The position numbers were made by a program, and so were the translations under genes. A stretch of DNA of 64,000 bases from an uncultured Acidimicrobiia bacterium (GTDB taxonomy: Bacteria; Acidobacteriota; Terriglobia; Versatilivoradales; Versatilivoraceae), in NCBI GenBank assembly GCA_963786955.1, contig CAWBAT010000005.1:448001-512000 (forward strand), in the 5' to 3' direction. A model generated the notes under the pieces. The model was not told where the DNA came from, ran no database searches, and saw nothing but the letters and a program-made list of their open reading frames with translations. Within the stretch, counting starts at the first letter, position 1. Each line of letters opens with the position of its first letter. Of the stretch, positions 9,826 to 19,399 are shown piece by piece.

Positions 9826-12399
9826 TTAATGATTAAAGATAAATTCCTTGCTGGTCAGCATCGCCCAGGTAAAATCTTCCAATACTTGACGCTGCGCCTC
9901 AGGATCCTCGCTCTTCATGCTTTCCTTCATCGTCTTGAGAATTTCGATCTTCTCCGACTCACTCGGATACCGGCTGTAGGCGGCGAGATACAAATGCTCG
10001 ATAAAAGGGCCGATCGGAACATGATTCTTGATCGCATGATCCGTCATTCCGCCTTCAGCGGCCAGCTTCTTGTTCATCGTTTCGCCATTGATGACATGAA
10101 GGGCCTGACGAAGATTCGGCTGGGAGTCCCTCTCACATTCGCAGGTGGAAGCCCGCTGAGGTCTTCCAAAAACATCCAGGAAATAAGATGCGACCGAGGT
10201 GTCGGGAAGTTGGAGTGCCCGTGTTCCCAGCGGATAGCCCGTGAAATCGGTTGGTGAACCGGTCACCTGCGACACGGCATCCAGGATGACTTCAGCGGAA
10301 AGGCGCTTCGACAAATAATGGGAGCCGTAGCGATCATCATTTTGATTGCTGGGGTTTGTTTTCCAAGAGCGTTGATAGGTCGCTGAATTCATAATCGTCC
10401 CGGCCAGGGATCTGACGTCGTAGCCATGAGCCACGAAATCTTGGACTAACGCGTCCATCAAAGGTTCATTGGAAGCGGGATTGGTTGAGCGGATATCATC
10501 CACCGGGCTTGCAAGACCCCGCCCCATGAAATTGGCCCAGACCCGGTTCACAATAGTCCTGGCAAAGGCTGGATTGTCCGGCGACGTCAGCCACTTGGCC
10601 AGATGCTCCCGACGCTCATGGGACGAATCCAACGAGATTTCCTTTCCATCCAGCGGCGCGGGGGGTAGTGCCCGGTTCAGGCGAGGATGAATAATATCCC
10701 CGGAGATGTCGTCATAGACAATGATTTCTCCCGGCACATCCCCATTTTTCTGACGCACCCGGGCAAAGAGATTGGCCATCTTAAAATAATCGACCTGGGT
10801 CCATTTTTCCAAAGGGTGGTTGTGGCAGCGGGCACAGGTTAATCGTAGACCCATGAATGCCACCGTGGTGTTCTCAGTAAGGCTGATCGGGTCCTTATGG
10901 AGCTGATAGTAATTCAGGGCTCCGTCTTCCCGGCTGCTGCCCGTTGAAACTAGCAATTCCTGAACCATTTTGTCCCATGGCTTGTTCTGTTTGACACAAT
11001 CTCGGATCCATTCGTAGAACCAGCGAACAGCAGAAGGGTTGACTTTCTTGTTCCCGCCGATGGCCTTATTGTCTGACAAGACCAGAAGATCCGACCATTT
11101 GTACGCCCAATAGTCGGCATAAGCATCTGAATGAAGCAACTGGTCAATCAGTTTTTGGCGTTTGTCGACGTCCTGACTGGCCAAAAACGCTTGGACTTGA
11201 CTCACGGTGGGGAGTGTTCCTGTCGCATCTAATGAGGCCCGGCGAATGAATTCCCCGTCGGTTGACGGGCCAGAAGGTTCAAGGTTCAGGGATGCCAGCT
11301 TTAGAAGAACCCATTCGTCGATGTAGTTATTTTTCAAAGCCCGGCTGAATACAGAAGGGTCGATCGGGTTCGGGTACGGGACCATCAAAGTAGCGAGCGC
11401 CACTTTGCTTAAGAACATGGCGGTAATCGAGGCTTCCCCGTAACCCTTGAGCTCGACCAGTCCGCGTTCATCAACCACAGCCGTACTTGAATTCGTGGTC
11501 TCGAAGCGTGCCCATCGGGTCACGTCTTCGATAGTCCCATCGTTAAAATAAGCATTGACGATGAGTTGCTGCCTGGCCCCCAAACGCAGTTTCGCCAGCG
11601 AGGGTTGCATGCCGATCTTCTGGATACGGCGATCTCCGGGTTGGGGAGGACGCGTGCCTTCTGAAATCCACTGCGACAAAATCTGGTACTCGACAGAATC
11701 CGGTCCAAACCGTCTCCCTCCGCCGTGAGGAACGTTTAATGTCGCTTTCAAGAGGGCGAGGCTCCTCCCGGGCTCTTGCGTCGAAACGCGCCGCCCTTCC
11801 GACTCCCGGGTGAGTACCAGGTAGTCCATCTCGGGATCAAATCCACGCAGGGTCAGTTTGAATCCGTTTTTGCCGGCGGCCGCTCCATGACAGGCGCCCA
11901 TGTTACACCCTGATTTAGTCAAAACCGGCATCACGTGATTCCGGAAACTCCACTCCGGCGTATTCTCAATGTCTTTCGTCAAAACATCGGCCGCCGTTGT
12001 GAGTCCTTCAAATTCCGCATTCAACACGGCCGTCCCGCTGCCTACGGGCACAAGGATGTTGGAATCCACCCGGATAATGCCTGAGTGATCCGGTACGATT
12101 TTCGATTTTGAAGTGATGTCCTCAGAGTATCCGTCGGCATAATACGCTTGCACAACAATCTGTTGCCTCGCCCGCTGGCCTGAAAGAGAAATGGTTTCAG
12201 GGTAGATACGAATTTTCTCGGCTAAGGGCAGCTGGTTGACCGCTTTTGTTGCGGCAACAGTGACATCCCCCCAGGCCGCAAAAGTGAGCAGAAGAAAAAC
12301 CAGGAGGAATTGAACGCGGTTACCCTGTCGCACCCGGAACCTTGCAGCCATCTGCTCCCGCCCTCCAGCGCTCCATAAGATTAATTTCAAGGGTTTCAT
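9826..12399 (-). CDS. DUF1549/DUF1553 protein with Ig-like (Big_2) domains
   Basis: GCNMGACHG...GFKLTLRG, FIRRASLD, CARCHNHP, FARTIVNRVW, FGRPQR..CECER and terminal EFIFNH. Confidence 0.88.
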   Translation of the reverse strand: MKPLKLILWSAGGREQMAARFRVRQGNRVQFLLVFLLLTFAAWGDVTVAATKAVNQLPLAEKIRIYPETISLSGQRARQQIVVQAYYADGYSEDITSKSKIVPDHSGIIRVDSNILVPVGSGTAVLNAEFEGLTTAADVLTKDIENTPEWSFRNHVMPVLTKSGCNMGACHGAAAGKNGFKLTLRGFDPEMDYLVLTRESEGRRVSTQEPGRSLALLKATLNVPHGGGRRFGPDSVEYQILSQWISEGTRPPQPGDRRIQKIGMQPSLAKLRLGARQQLIVNAYFNDGTIEDVTRWARFETTNSSTAVVDERGLVELKGYGEASITAMFLSKVALATLMVPYPNPIDPSVFSRALKNNYIDEWVLLKLASLNLEPSGPSTDGEFIRRASLDATGTLPTVSQVQAFLASQDVDKRQKLIDQLLHSDAYADYWAYKWSDLLVLSDNKAIGGNKKVNPSAVRWFYEWIRDCVKQNKPWDKMVQELLVSTGSSREDGALNYYQLHKDPISLTENTTVAFMGLRLTCARCHNHPLEKWTQVDYFKMANLFARVRQKNGDVPGEIIVYDDISGDIIHPRLNRALPPAPLDGKEISLDSSHERREHLAKWLTSPDNPAFARTIVNRVWANFMGRGLASPVDDIRSTNPASNEPLMDALVQDFVAHGYDVRSLAGTIMNSATYQRSWKTNPSNQNDDRYGSHYLSKRLSAEVILDAVSQVTGSPTDFTGYPLGTRALQLPDTSVASYFLDVFGRPQRASTCECERDSQPNLRQALHVINGETMNKKLAAEGGMTDHAIKNHVPIGPFIEHLYLAAYSRYPSESEKIEILKTMKESMKSEDPEAQRQVLEDFTWAMLTSKEFIFNH

Positions 12400-12583
12400 C
12401 CCTCACGCCTTTCCATTGACCAATCCTTCCGGGAACCACCCAGCCTTCGAATCTTGGACCAGAAGAGAAACTGCGTCTCGATTTTCAGCAGCCTCAGGTT
12501 CAGAAAGGCAGGTCTGCGCTCCGAGATTCTTGAAACTGTCGTCGGAATGGGGCCTCTCAAAAATGGTGTCGGGTGAATGGTTC

Positions 12584-13960
12584 TTACGCAAACAACTCTT
12601 TGATAGGTTTGGCGTTCCCATCGACAAGTGGAACGATCCGTCCTAGCTGAGCAGGAAGAAACGTTTCCAACTCCAATCCCATCATGGTGTAAATCGTCGC
12701 CGCAACTTCTGCGGGGCTTACGGGGCGATCCTTTGGAGTTCCACCGATCGCGTCAGAAGAACCGATGACCTGCCCGCCTTTGATCCCTCCCCCAGCAAAA
12801 ATCGCCGTCCAGCAGCCCGGCCAGTGGTCGCGGCCCCCTGCGGGGTTTACTTTAGGAGTTCGTCCAAACTCACCGGTTGCAATGATCAGAGTGGTATCCA
12901 GCAAACCCCGCTGCTCCAAATCCTCGATGAGCGATGTAAATGCAAAATCAAACATGGGGCCGATCAGGTCCCGATAGCAACTGATGGGACTGAATGGGCG
13001 CGACCCATGAATATCCCAGGTCGTTTCGTCAAACACCGTCTCAAACATATTGACGGTAACATACCGAACTCCCGCTTCTATAAGCCTCCGAGCCAACAAA
13101 CAGCTTTGGCCAAATCGGTTCCGCCCAAACCGGTCCCGGGTTTTATCCGATTCCTTGTCCAACTCAAAAGCTTCACGAGCCTTTTGGGAAGTCATCAATC
13201 CATAGGCTTGATTAAAGGTTGAATCATACAACCGGCCATCCGGAAGTGACTCCAGTCCACTAACCGACTGGTCCACCATTGCGCGCCAATTCTTTCTTCG
13301 ATCAGTCCTCAACGCAGTAATCGTGTCAGGCGGGAGCAGATCGGGAACTTTGAAATTGGGGTCTGATGGATCGGCATTCAGCACAAATGGATCATAAGTC
13401 TTGCCCAAGAAACCCGCATCTTGTCCATGTGGGAGTCCCCCGCCTGTGTTTCCGATCGGCCGGGGGAGCAACACGAAGGGAGGAACCGCGCCACGCCCTC
13501 CTTTCTTGTAGGCCATCACAGAACCAAAATTGGGCGAGGTTACCCCTCCTTGAAACAGGCGGCCGGTCTGCATGATCTGGTGGCCAATGTCATGGACTGC
13601 CGCATGGGGGTGGTACAGACTTCGGATTAAGGCATACTTATCCGCGATCTTCGCCATCTGCGGAAAGATTTCACAAATTTCTACGCCCGACACATTGGTC
13701 TTGATCGGTTTGTACGGTCCACGTATCTCTGACGGGGCCTCAGGCTTCATGTCCCACGTGTCCAACTGGCTGGGTCCGCCGACCAGAAAGAGCTGAATGA
13801 TGTTGAGCCCTTTGTCTTCTGGAACTGCGCCTTGCGCCTTCAGGGCAAACAGGTTCGTCAATCCAAACCCAAGCATCCCAAGAGACCCGGCATGAAGGAA
13901 GTCCCGTCTTCTGAAGCCATCACAAAATTGAACAGACTTGTCGGCATCCAGGCGAATCAT
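12584..13960 (-). CDS. DUF1501 protein (Tat signal)
   Basis: RRRDFL, GGPSQLDTWDMKP, CLLARRLIEAGVR, WDIH, GEFGRTP and GRDHW. Confidence 0.9.
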   Translation of the reverse strand: MIRLDADKSVQFCDGFRRRDFLHAGSLGMLGFGLTNLFALKAQGAVPEDKGLNIIQLFLVGGPSQLDTWDMKPEAPSEIRGPYKPIKTNVSGVEICEIFPQMAKIADKYALIRSLYHPHAAVHDIGHQIMQTGRLFQGGVTSPNFGSVMAYKKGGRGAVPPFVLLPRPIGNTGGGLPHGQDAGFLGKTYDPFVLNADPSDPNFKVPDLLPPDTITALRTDRRKNWRAMVDQSVSGLESLPDGRLYDSTFNQAYGLMTSQKAREAFELDKESDKTRDRFGRNRFGQSCLLARRLIEAGVRYVTVNMFETVFDETTWDIHGSRPFSPISCYRDLIGPMFDFAFTSLIEDLEQRGLLDTTLIIATGEFGRTPKVNPAGGRDHWPGCWTAIFAGGGIKGGQVIGSSDAIGGTPKDRPVSPAEVAATIYTMMGLELETFLPAQLGRIVPLVDGNAKPIKELFA

Positions 13961-14132
13961 TCTCTACCCTCCCTCAAATTCCGGGACAGTGTACAAATCT
14001 CTCTGAGGTTTTATTCCAATCTCTATTATAAGACCTTCGGCAAGCAGGCGGCTAATCGTTTTTGTAACGTCGTGCATAAAGAGGAGGGGCATTCCCGCGG
14101 CATTACGCACGGGTAGGGCTCGTCGGACTATG

Positions 14133-15092
14133 TTAGCCGTGCACTTTTTTGATATTCAGTGGATGCTCTGCAATGAAACGAACCGCCTCACCAAATTCAA
14201 AGACACCTGCCGTGCATCCCAGGGAGCGCGTACAAGAGGCACCGACTGCGCTCGCAAATTGAAGTGTCTTCTCTACCGGCCATCCCTCCAGCAGTCCCGT
14301 GATAAATCCGGCGTCAAAAGCATCCCCGGCCCCAGAACCATCAACGGAATTCATGAGGTAGATCCCGGATTGAATCACCTCATCTTTGTGTCTGACCAGC
14401 GCGCCCCTGGATCCCTGTGTGATCACTATCGTGCAATCCGGATTCATCGAACTCAACCGGGCGGCTTGCTCAAACGCATCTTTCTGGCCCGTCAAGGCAA
14501 AGGCTTCGTCGTCATTCGGCAAAAAGAGGTCGGTATACCGGAGCATCTTTTTCACATCATCCTGTGAGACCGCAACTCCAGAGGGCACCACCACATCGAG
14601 CACAGTCAGCATCGACCTTTTCTTGGCTTCCTGGAAAAGTTTCAGCAGATCTTCGATGCCAAACTGTGGCATCAATAAGTATCCACCCAGATAGACGATC
14701 CGCCCGCCATCCAGGGCTGCACAATCAATATCTGCGAACGAGAAGTCGGCATTCGCGCCAAAGTAATGGATATACCGGCGATCCTGGCCCTTTACATTAA
14801 GAATAAATGTGCCAGAAGTGGGATGGTGAGCGGAACGCGACAATCCGGAACTGTCGACGCCGAATCGTTGGAGGTCCCGGGCAATGAAATCGCCAAAGAG
14901 GTCGTCCCCAACCTTGCCCAAGACCTTCACTTTTTTTCCGAGCCGCGACAAATCGACTGCAGTGTTGGCGGCACATCCTCCTACATTCAGCAGAAACCGG
15001 TCCGTCAGTTTGACTTGCCCTGCTGCCGGGATGGCATCGACTGGGCTGGCAATGATGTCCGCAACGAGAATTCCCACACAGACCACGTCCAT
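14133..15092 (-). CDS. PfkB/ribokinase-family carbohydrate kinase
   Basis: GGCAANTA, GKVGDDLFG, PNDDEA and DGSGAGDAFDAGF. Confidence 0.9.
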   Translation of the reverse strand: MDVVCVGILVADIIASPVDAIPAAGQVKLTDRFLLNVGGCAANTAVDLSRLGKKVKVLGKVGDDLFGDFIARDLQRFGVDSSGLSRSAHHPTSGTFILNVKGQDRRYIHYFGANADFSFADIDCAALDGGRIVYLGGYLLMPQFGIEDLLKLFQEAKKRSMLTVLDVVVPSGVAVSQDDVKKMLRYTDLFLPNDDEAFALTGQKDAFEQAARLSSMNPDCTIVITQGSRGALVRHKDEVIQSGIYLMNSVDGSGAGDAFDAGFITGLLEGWPVEKTLQFASAVGASCTRSLGCTAGVFEFGEAVRFIAEHPLNIKKVHG

Positions 15093-15095
15093 TCA

Positions 15096-15143
15096 GTCAA
15101 CTCTCCATGCTTCAATCAGCGTGTATCCACGTTCATCCGCAGC
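15096..15143 (-). repeat. 5' stub copy of the GxxExxY gene start (direct repeat of 15849..15896)
   Basis: Gapless 48-bp alignment with 22 identical bp (GTCAACTCTCCATGCTTCAATC) plus identical TTCATCCGCAGC. Confidence 0.8.
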
Positions 15144-15193
15144 TTTCCAATTTCATACTCCCACAGATAACACAGATTATCGCTGATTCCCTT

Positions 15194-15410
15194 TCAGCTG
15201 TTATCAAAGTCTACCCTCTTCAATTCAGGGTTTGGGCCAAAAATTCATCAGCAAAGCTATTTTTAAACTTGTGGCTCGGAGTTTTTTCTTGATCTGTGCA
15301 TCATGCATCGAATTCAACACCTTCGAAGCCCTCACTTCTAAGATGACTGCAGTTCTCCATAACCAAATCAGCCTTGTTGCCTATCCAGGTTCCCAACCAA
15401 ACCAGATCGG
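15194..15410 (-). pseudogene. Degenerate GxxExxY copy (C-terminal half)
   Basis: Manual translation with frameshifts gives PIWF..ADLVMEN/AVILEVRASKVLNSMHDAQIKKKLRATSLKIALLMNF/GPNPELKRVDFDNS*, colinear with the intact copy. Confidence 0.8.
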
Positions 15411-15481
15411 TTATCTATCAATAATCTAATCCGCGTATATCGGCGTTCATCCGCGGCCCTCAATTTAAAATTTGCCATACA

Positions 15482-15889
15482 TCAACGCAGATTGAGCTTT
15501 CGGCTATTATCGAAAACGAGCCTCTTAAATTGGGCTTGCGGACCGAAGTTCAGTAATAACCCGATTTCGATTGATGTCGCCCGAAGATAGTTGAGTAGCT
15601 GTGCTTCATGAGTTCCATCAAGAGCTCTGGCCGCTTTTATTTCCACGATGACAACCCGTTCAACAACGATGTCTGCCCGGTAATCACCGACCTGTGTTTT
15701 TCGGAACCAGACAGGAACAGGCACCTGCCTTTCTATCTTGACTCCTGCCGCTGTTAATGCGATCGACAAGGCATTTTCATACACAGCTTCCAGAAATCCA
15801 CAACCCAATTCATTATAGACTTCATAGAAAGCTCCAAGAATCTTCTCGGTCAACTCTCCATGCTTCAATCCGCTTTGATTGGCATTCAT
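15482..15889 (-). CDS. GxxExxY protein (PD-(D/E)XK-like)
   Basis: GCGFLEAVYE, ADIVVE..IVEIKA, AQLLNYL and GLLLNFG. Confidence 0.92.
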   Translation of the reverse strand: MNANQSGLKHGELTEKILGAFYEVYNELGCGFLEAVYENALSIALTAAGVKIERQVPVPVWFRKTQVGDYRADIVVERVVIVEIKAARALDGTHEAQLLNYLRATSIEIGLLLNFGPQAQFKRLVFDNSRKLNLR

Positions 15890-15994
15890 CCGCAGCCGTT
15901 TTCACTGAGCCGCAGATTCGCACGGATTATCACCGATGACCTATGAGATTCTCTATCCGCGTGTGTCCGTGTTTATCCGTGGCTGAATAGTCTT

Positions 15995-17053
15995 TTACGA
16001 AGCGATTTGCTTCACCGTTTCAATAATTCGCTCCACCGACGGGATGTAATAGTTCTCCATCACCGGCGCAAACGGCACAGGCGTGTCAGGAGCCGCTACC
16101 CGCTTAATAGGCCCCTGCAAAAAGCCAATGCAGGAATCAGCGACTCTGGCGGCTACTTCAGCGCCCCATCCCCCCGTCAAATTATCTTCTTCGACAATCA
16201 CTAGCCGGCCCGTCTTGCCAACTGAATCAAAAAGCGTCTGCCAATCAAAAGGGACCAGAGTGCGGACGTCGATGACTTCAGCTTCAATCCCCGCTTCTCC
16301 CAAAGACTTCGCTGCCAACAGAGACTTATGCACCATGAGAAGGTTTGCCACGATGGTGACATCGGCCCCCTCTCTTAAGATTTTGGCCTGTCCAAAAGGA
16401 ATCAGATATTCTTCTTCAGGGACAACGCCCAGCACATCAATGCCGCCGGACTCTTTCCGGGATCCTTTGCTGCCGTAAAGCAGTTTATGCTCAAAGAAGA
16501 TCACCGGATCCTCCATGCGAATCGCCGTTTTCAGCAGGCCCTTGGCGTCGTATGGAGTTGAAGGGCAGGCCACCTTGAGTCCCGGCACATGCGTGAAGAA
16601 TGCTTCCAATGACTGCCCATGTTGCGCGCCACGCGTCGTGGCTCCCACGGGGGCTCGCATGACCATCGGAACGGTCAGTTTACCTCCCGACATATAACGA
16701 AACTTGGCGGCGTGGTTCGCGAGTTGATCCATAGCCAAATACAAGAAATCGGCATATTGAACGTCTGCAACGGGGCGTAACCCACCAAGAGCGGCTCCCG
16801 TAGCAATTCCCGCGATCGCAGCCTCCGAGATAGGAGTATCCAAGACGCGGTGGGATCCAAATTCGTCTGACAATCCCAAGGTTACGGTAAATGCTCCTCC
16901 GAATCCCCCTTTGATCCCGATATCCTCTCCTAACAAGATGACCCGTTCGTCACGCCGCATTTCTTCGCGCAATGCCTCGCGGAGGGCTTCAACAATCGTG
17001 AGTCGGCGGGTTTGCTGCTCAACCCCTGAAGGGACCTTATTCAACGTAGACAT
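15995..17053 (-). CDS. 2-oxoacid/acetoin dehydrogenase E1 beta subunit
   Basis: GEDIG, DTPISE, QHGQSLE, PGLKVACPS, EHKLLY and IDVRTLVP. Confidence 0.9.
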   Translation of the reverse strand: MSTLNKVPSGVEQQTRRLTIVEALREALREEMRRDERVILLGEDIGIKGGFGGAFTVTLGLSDEFGSHRVLDTPISEAAIAGIATGAALGGLRPVADVQYADFLYLAMDQLANHAAKFRYMSGGKLTVPMVMRAPVGATTRGAQHGQSLEAFFTHVPGLKVACPSTPYDAKGLLKTAIRMEDPVIFFEHKLLYGSKGSRKESGGIDVLGVVPEEEYLIPFGQAKILREGADVTIVANLLMVHKSLLAAKSLGEAGIEAEVIDVRTLVPFDWQTLFDSVGKTGRLVIVEEDNLTGGWGAEVAARVADSCIGFLQGPIKRVAAPDTPVPFAPVMENYYIPSVERIIETVKQIAS

Positions 17054-18008
17054 CGGTAAGACAATCCTCCGGTTGTGGACTTGGACTGGATTCTGAATAC
17101 GTGACTGCTTCGTCTAGCTCTCGATCAACCGCCGACCGAACTTCCTGGATCGTGGCGGGCGTCAACAGCCCTGTGGCAAGGTATTTCGTCTCAAAGAGGA
17201 GGATCGGATCCCGCTTTCTCCATTCCTCAAGTTCATTTTTGGCCCGATAATTTCCCGGATCACTGCGGGAATGCCCGGAGAACCGGTAGGTTTCCAACTC
17301 CAGCAACGTCGGCCCTAAACCAGACCGCGCCCGTTGGGCCGCCGCGCGAGTTGCGGCATAAACGACTTCAATATCGTTTCCGTCGATGGTTTCCCCCGGA
17401 ATTCCATAGGCCGCTGCACGTTGGCTTACTTTCGGGACACGCATGACCTGGCTGATGGGAGTCGAAGCGCCATATTTATTGTTTTCACAAACGAAAAGGA
17501 CCGGCAGATCCCAAATAGCCGCGCAGTTGATGCCTTCATGAAATGCTCCCTCATTGGCGGCGCCATCTCCAAAGAAACAGGCAACTACATTGGCTTTCTT
17601 GAGATATTTAAACGAAAGGGCATACCCCGTAGCTACGGGGATCCCTCCACCCACAATCGCAATTGCCGGGAGCATGCCATAGTCGGCATCCCCCATATGC
17701 ATGGACCCTCCCTTGCCCGCGCAGCATCCCGTTGACTTGGCGAACAATTCGGCCATCAAAGAGTTTACTGGAATCCCCCGTGCCACGGCGTGCTCATGGG
17801 GTCTGTGGGTACTGGTCAACATGTCGCCGGGTTCGAGCGCTTCACAAACTCCAACGGCACAGGCTTCCTGCCCCACAGCCTGATGGATCGTTCCTGGCAT
17901 CCTGCCTTGCAGAAAAAGGGAGTTGACCCGCTCTTCAAACCGGCGGCACAACACCATCTTCCGGTAAATCACAAGCTTCTGTTGGTCTGTCAAAACGCCT
18001 TTGTTCAT
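17037..18008 (-). CDS. TPP-dependent dehydrogenase E1 alpha subunit
   Basis: GQEA, THRPH, GKGGSMH, TPP motif GDGAANEG...CENN and YRFSGHS. Confidence 0.9.
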   Translation of the reverse strand: MNKGVLTDQQKLVIYRKMVLCRRFEERVNSLFLQGRMPGTIHQAVGQEACAVGVCEALEPGDMLTSTHRPHEHAVARGIPVNSLMAELFAKSTGCCAGKGGSMHMGDADYGMLPAIAIVGGGIPVATGYALSFKYLKKANVVACFFGDGAANEGAFHEGINCAAIWDLPVLFVCENNKYGASTPISQVMRVPKVSQRAAAYGIPGETIDGNDIEVVYAATRAAAQRARSGLGPTLLELETYRFSGHSRSDPGNYRAKNELEEWRKRDPILLFETKYLATGLLTPATIQEVRSAVDRELDEAVTYSESSPSPQPEDCLTDVYVE

Positions 18009-19159
18009 AATGAGTTTAAGTGCACCTGAATCCTTTCCAGAAATTTTGCAGCAGCAATCCCATCCGCGACCCGGTGGTCAACCGAGAGGGTCAAACTGCA
18101 AATCTTGGCCACCTCGGGACGCCCTTCCTTAAGTATCACTTGATCACGGACTGAACCAATAGCCAAAACAGCTGTACACCCCGGAGGAATAATAGCAGCA
18201 AATTCTTTGACACGGTACATCCCGAGATTGGAAATGGCCAGCAAAGGCGCTGGTCCACCTTGGCCGGCGATTTTTCCGGCCCGCGCGGAATCGAGAACGA
18301 TTCGCATCTCGCGCAAAAATTTTTCCCAAGTAGAGCGAGAAGGATCCGGGACGGGAACGAGATTCAACTTTCCTTCGGTTGAAACCACCAGCAGCACATC
18401 CCCGGAAGACCGTTGATCGTACTTCCCTTCTTTCAAGGAAATATTGATCTGCGGGCTTTCAGAAAACGCCCTAGAGGCCGCTCGAACAAAGAGATCGTTA
18501 AATGAGGCTCGAAGGTTGGGATGGGCGCTATTCCACTGCTGACGCCAGGTTATAGCCGCTCCCACATCGACTTCGACCGTAACGTAGAAATGAGGAATGG
18601 TAGCCTTACTCCTTGCCGTGAGGGCCGCCATCGCGGACAGTGCCGCTGTCTCAAGTGAAAGGGTCTTCGGGACGCTTTGGGGGAACTCGGGTCCTCCCGC
18701 GTACCCTTGCACGTCTTTCACCGTGATCAATCCATTGGGGCCTGACCCGTTGACCTGCTTGAGGTCAACCCCTAATTCTTTTGCCAGTGTTCGGGCCGCC
18801 GGTACGGCAGCCAATGCTGCACCGGCCTTCACCGGAACAGCCTTCTCGGCTTTGAGGGGCTGGGCTCCCTTGAGTAGAGTTTCTGGTGCCGCAACTGGGA
18901 TTTCCTCGAAAGCCTCCCCTGCAGTATCCGTGAGCACGGCGATGGGGTCCTTCGCGGTTGCCATCTGCCCTTCCTCGACCAGAGTGGCACGAAGATAGCC
19001 TCCCACATAGGCCTCCACATCCATGGTTGCCTTATCCGTCTCCACCTCGACCAGCGGTTCCCCGGCGGAAACAAGGTCCCCTGGTTTCTTGTGCCATTTC
19101 AGGATCTTGGCCTCGCTGGTCGTTTGACCCAAATCCGGCAGGATGATGATATGTTTCAT
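18005..19159 (-). CDS. Dihydrolipoamide acyltransferase E2
   Basis: Lipoyl domain ETDKA, E3/E1-binding domain (PAARTLAKELGVDL..V.GSGPNG.I), SNLG and catalytic DHRVADG. Confidence 0.88.
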   Translation of the reverse strand: MKHIIILPDLGQTTSEAKILKWHKKPGDLVSAGEPLVEVETDKATMDVEAYVGGYLRATLVEEGQMATAKDPIAVLTDTAGEAFEEIPVAAPETLLKGAQPLKAEKAVPVKAGAALAAVPAARTLAKELGVDLKQVNGSGPNGLITVKDVQGYAGGPEFPQSVPKTLSLETAALSAMAALTARSKATIPHFYVTVEVDVGAAITWRQQWNSAHPNLRASFNDLFVRAASRAFSESPQINISLKEGKYDQRSSGDVLLVVSTEGKLNLVPVPDPSRSTWEKFLREMRIVLDSARAGKIAGQGGPAPLLAISNLGMYRVKEFAAIIPPGCTAVLAIGSVRDQVILKEGRPEVAKICSLTLSVDHRVADGIAAAKFLERIQVHLNSL

Positions 19160-19233
19160 GGATTTTGTTCAGTAATTTCCAATCACAAGCCCTATTCGAC
19201 GTGGTTCAATTCTAATCGGATCATGTCCGTTCA

Positions 19234-19368
19234 TCATTGTTCATCGTTCATTTTCCATTTTTCATTTTCGACTGATTTTCAGCATGTGTTCTTTTGCCAT
19301 AATGTGTCGTCGTGATTTGGTCATCCAAATGACCAATGAGAAATGACAATTGGACAATGATAAATGAA
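19234..19368. repeat. Inverted pair of heptamer tandem arrays
   Basis: 5 x TCATTTT-like (19234-19268), then 6 x AAATGAC-like (19327-19368). Confidence 0.75.
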
Positions 19369-19399
19369 AGGTATTTCCGTGCCCACCGTGGTATTGGCA

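Larger units (their letters stand above)
15115..15984. repeat. Triplets of ~10-bp tandem repeats (ATCCGCGTTC-like) in both orientations around the GxxExxY copies
   Basis: Blocks at 15115-15143, 15162-15187 (inverted), 15429-15458, 15909-15937 (inverted) and 15955-15984. Confidence 0.75.

Noticed and set aside
12413-12580. Nested inverted repeats between the DUF1501 and DUF1549 genes
   Set aside because: Only two short imperfect pairs (9-10 bp) with asymmetric spacing; could be chance.
15096-15896. Diversity-generating retroelement TR/VR pair
   Set aside because: Mismatches are not adenine-specific and no reverse transcriptase is present in the window.
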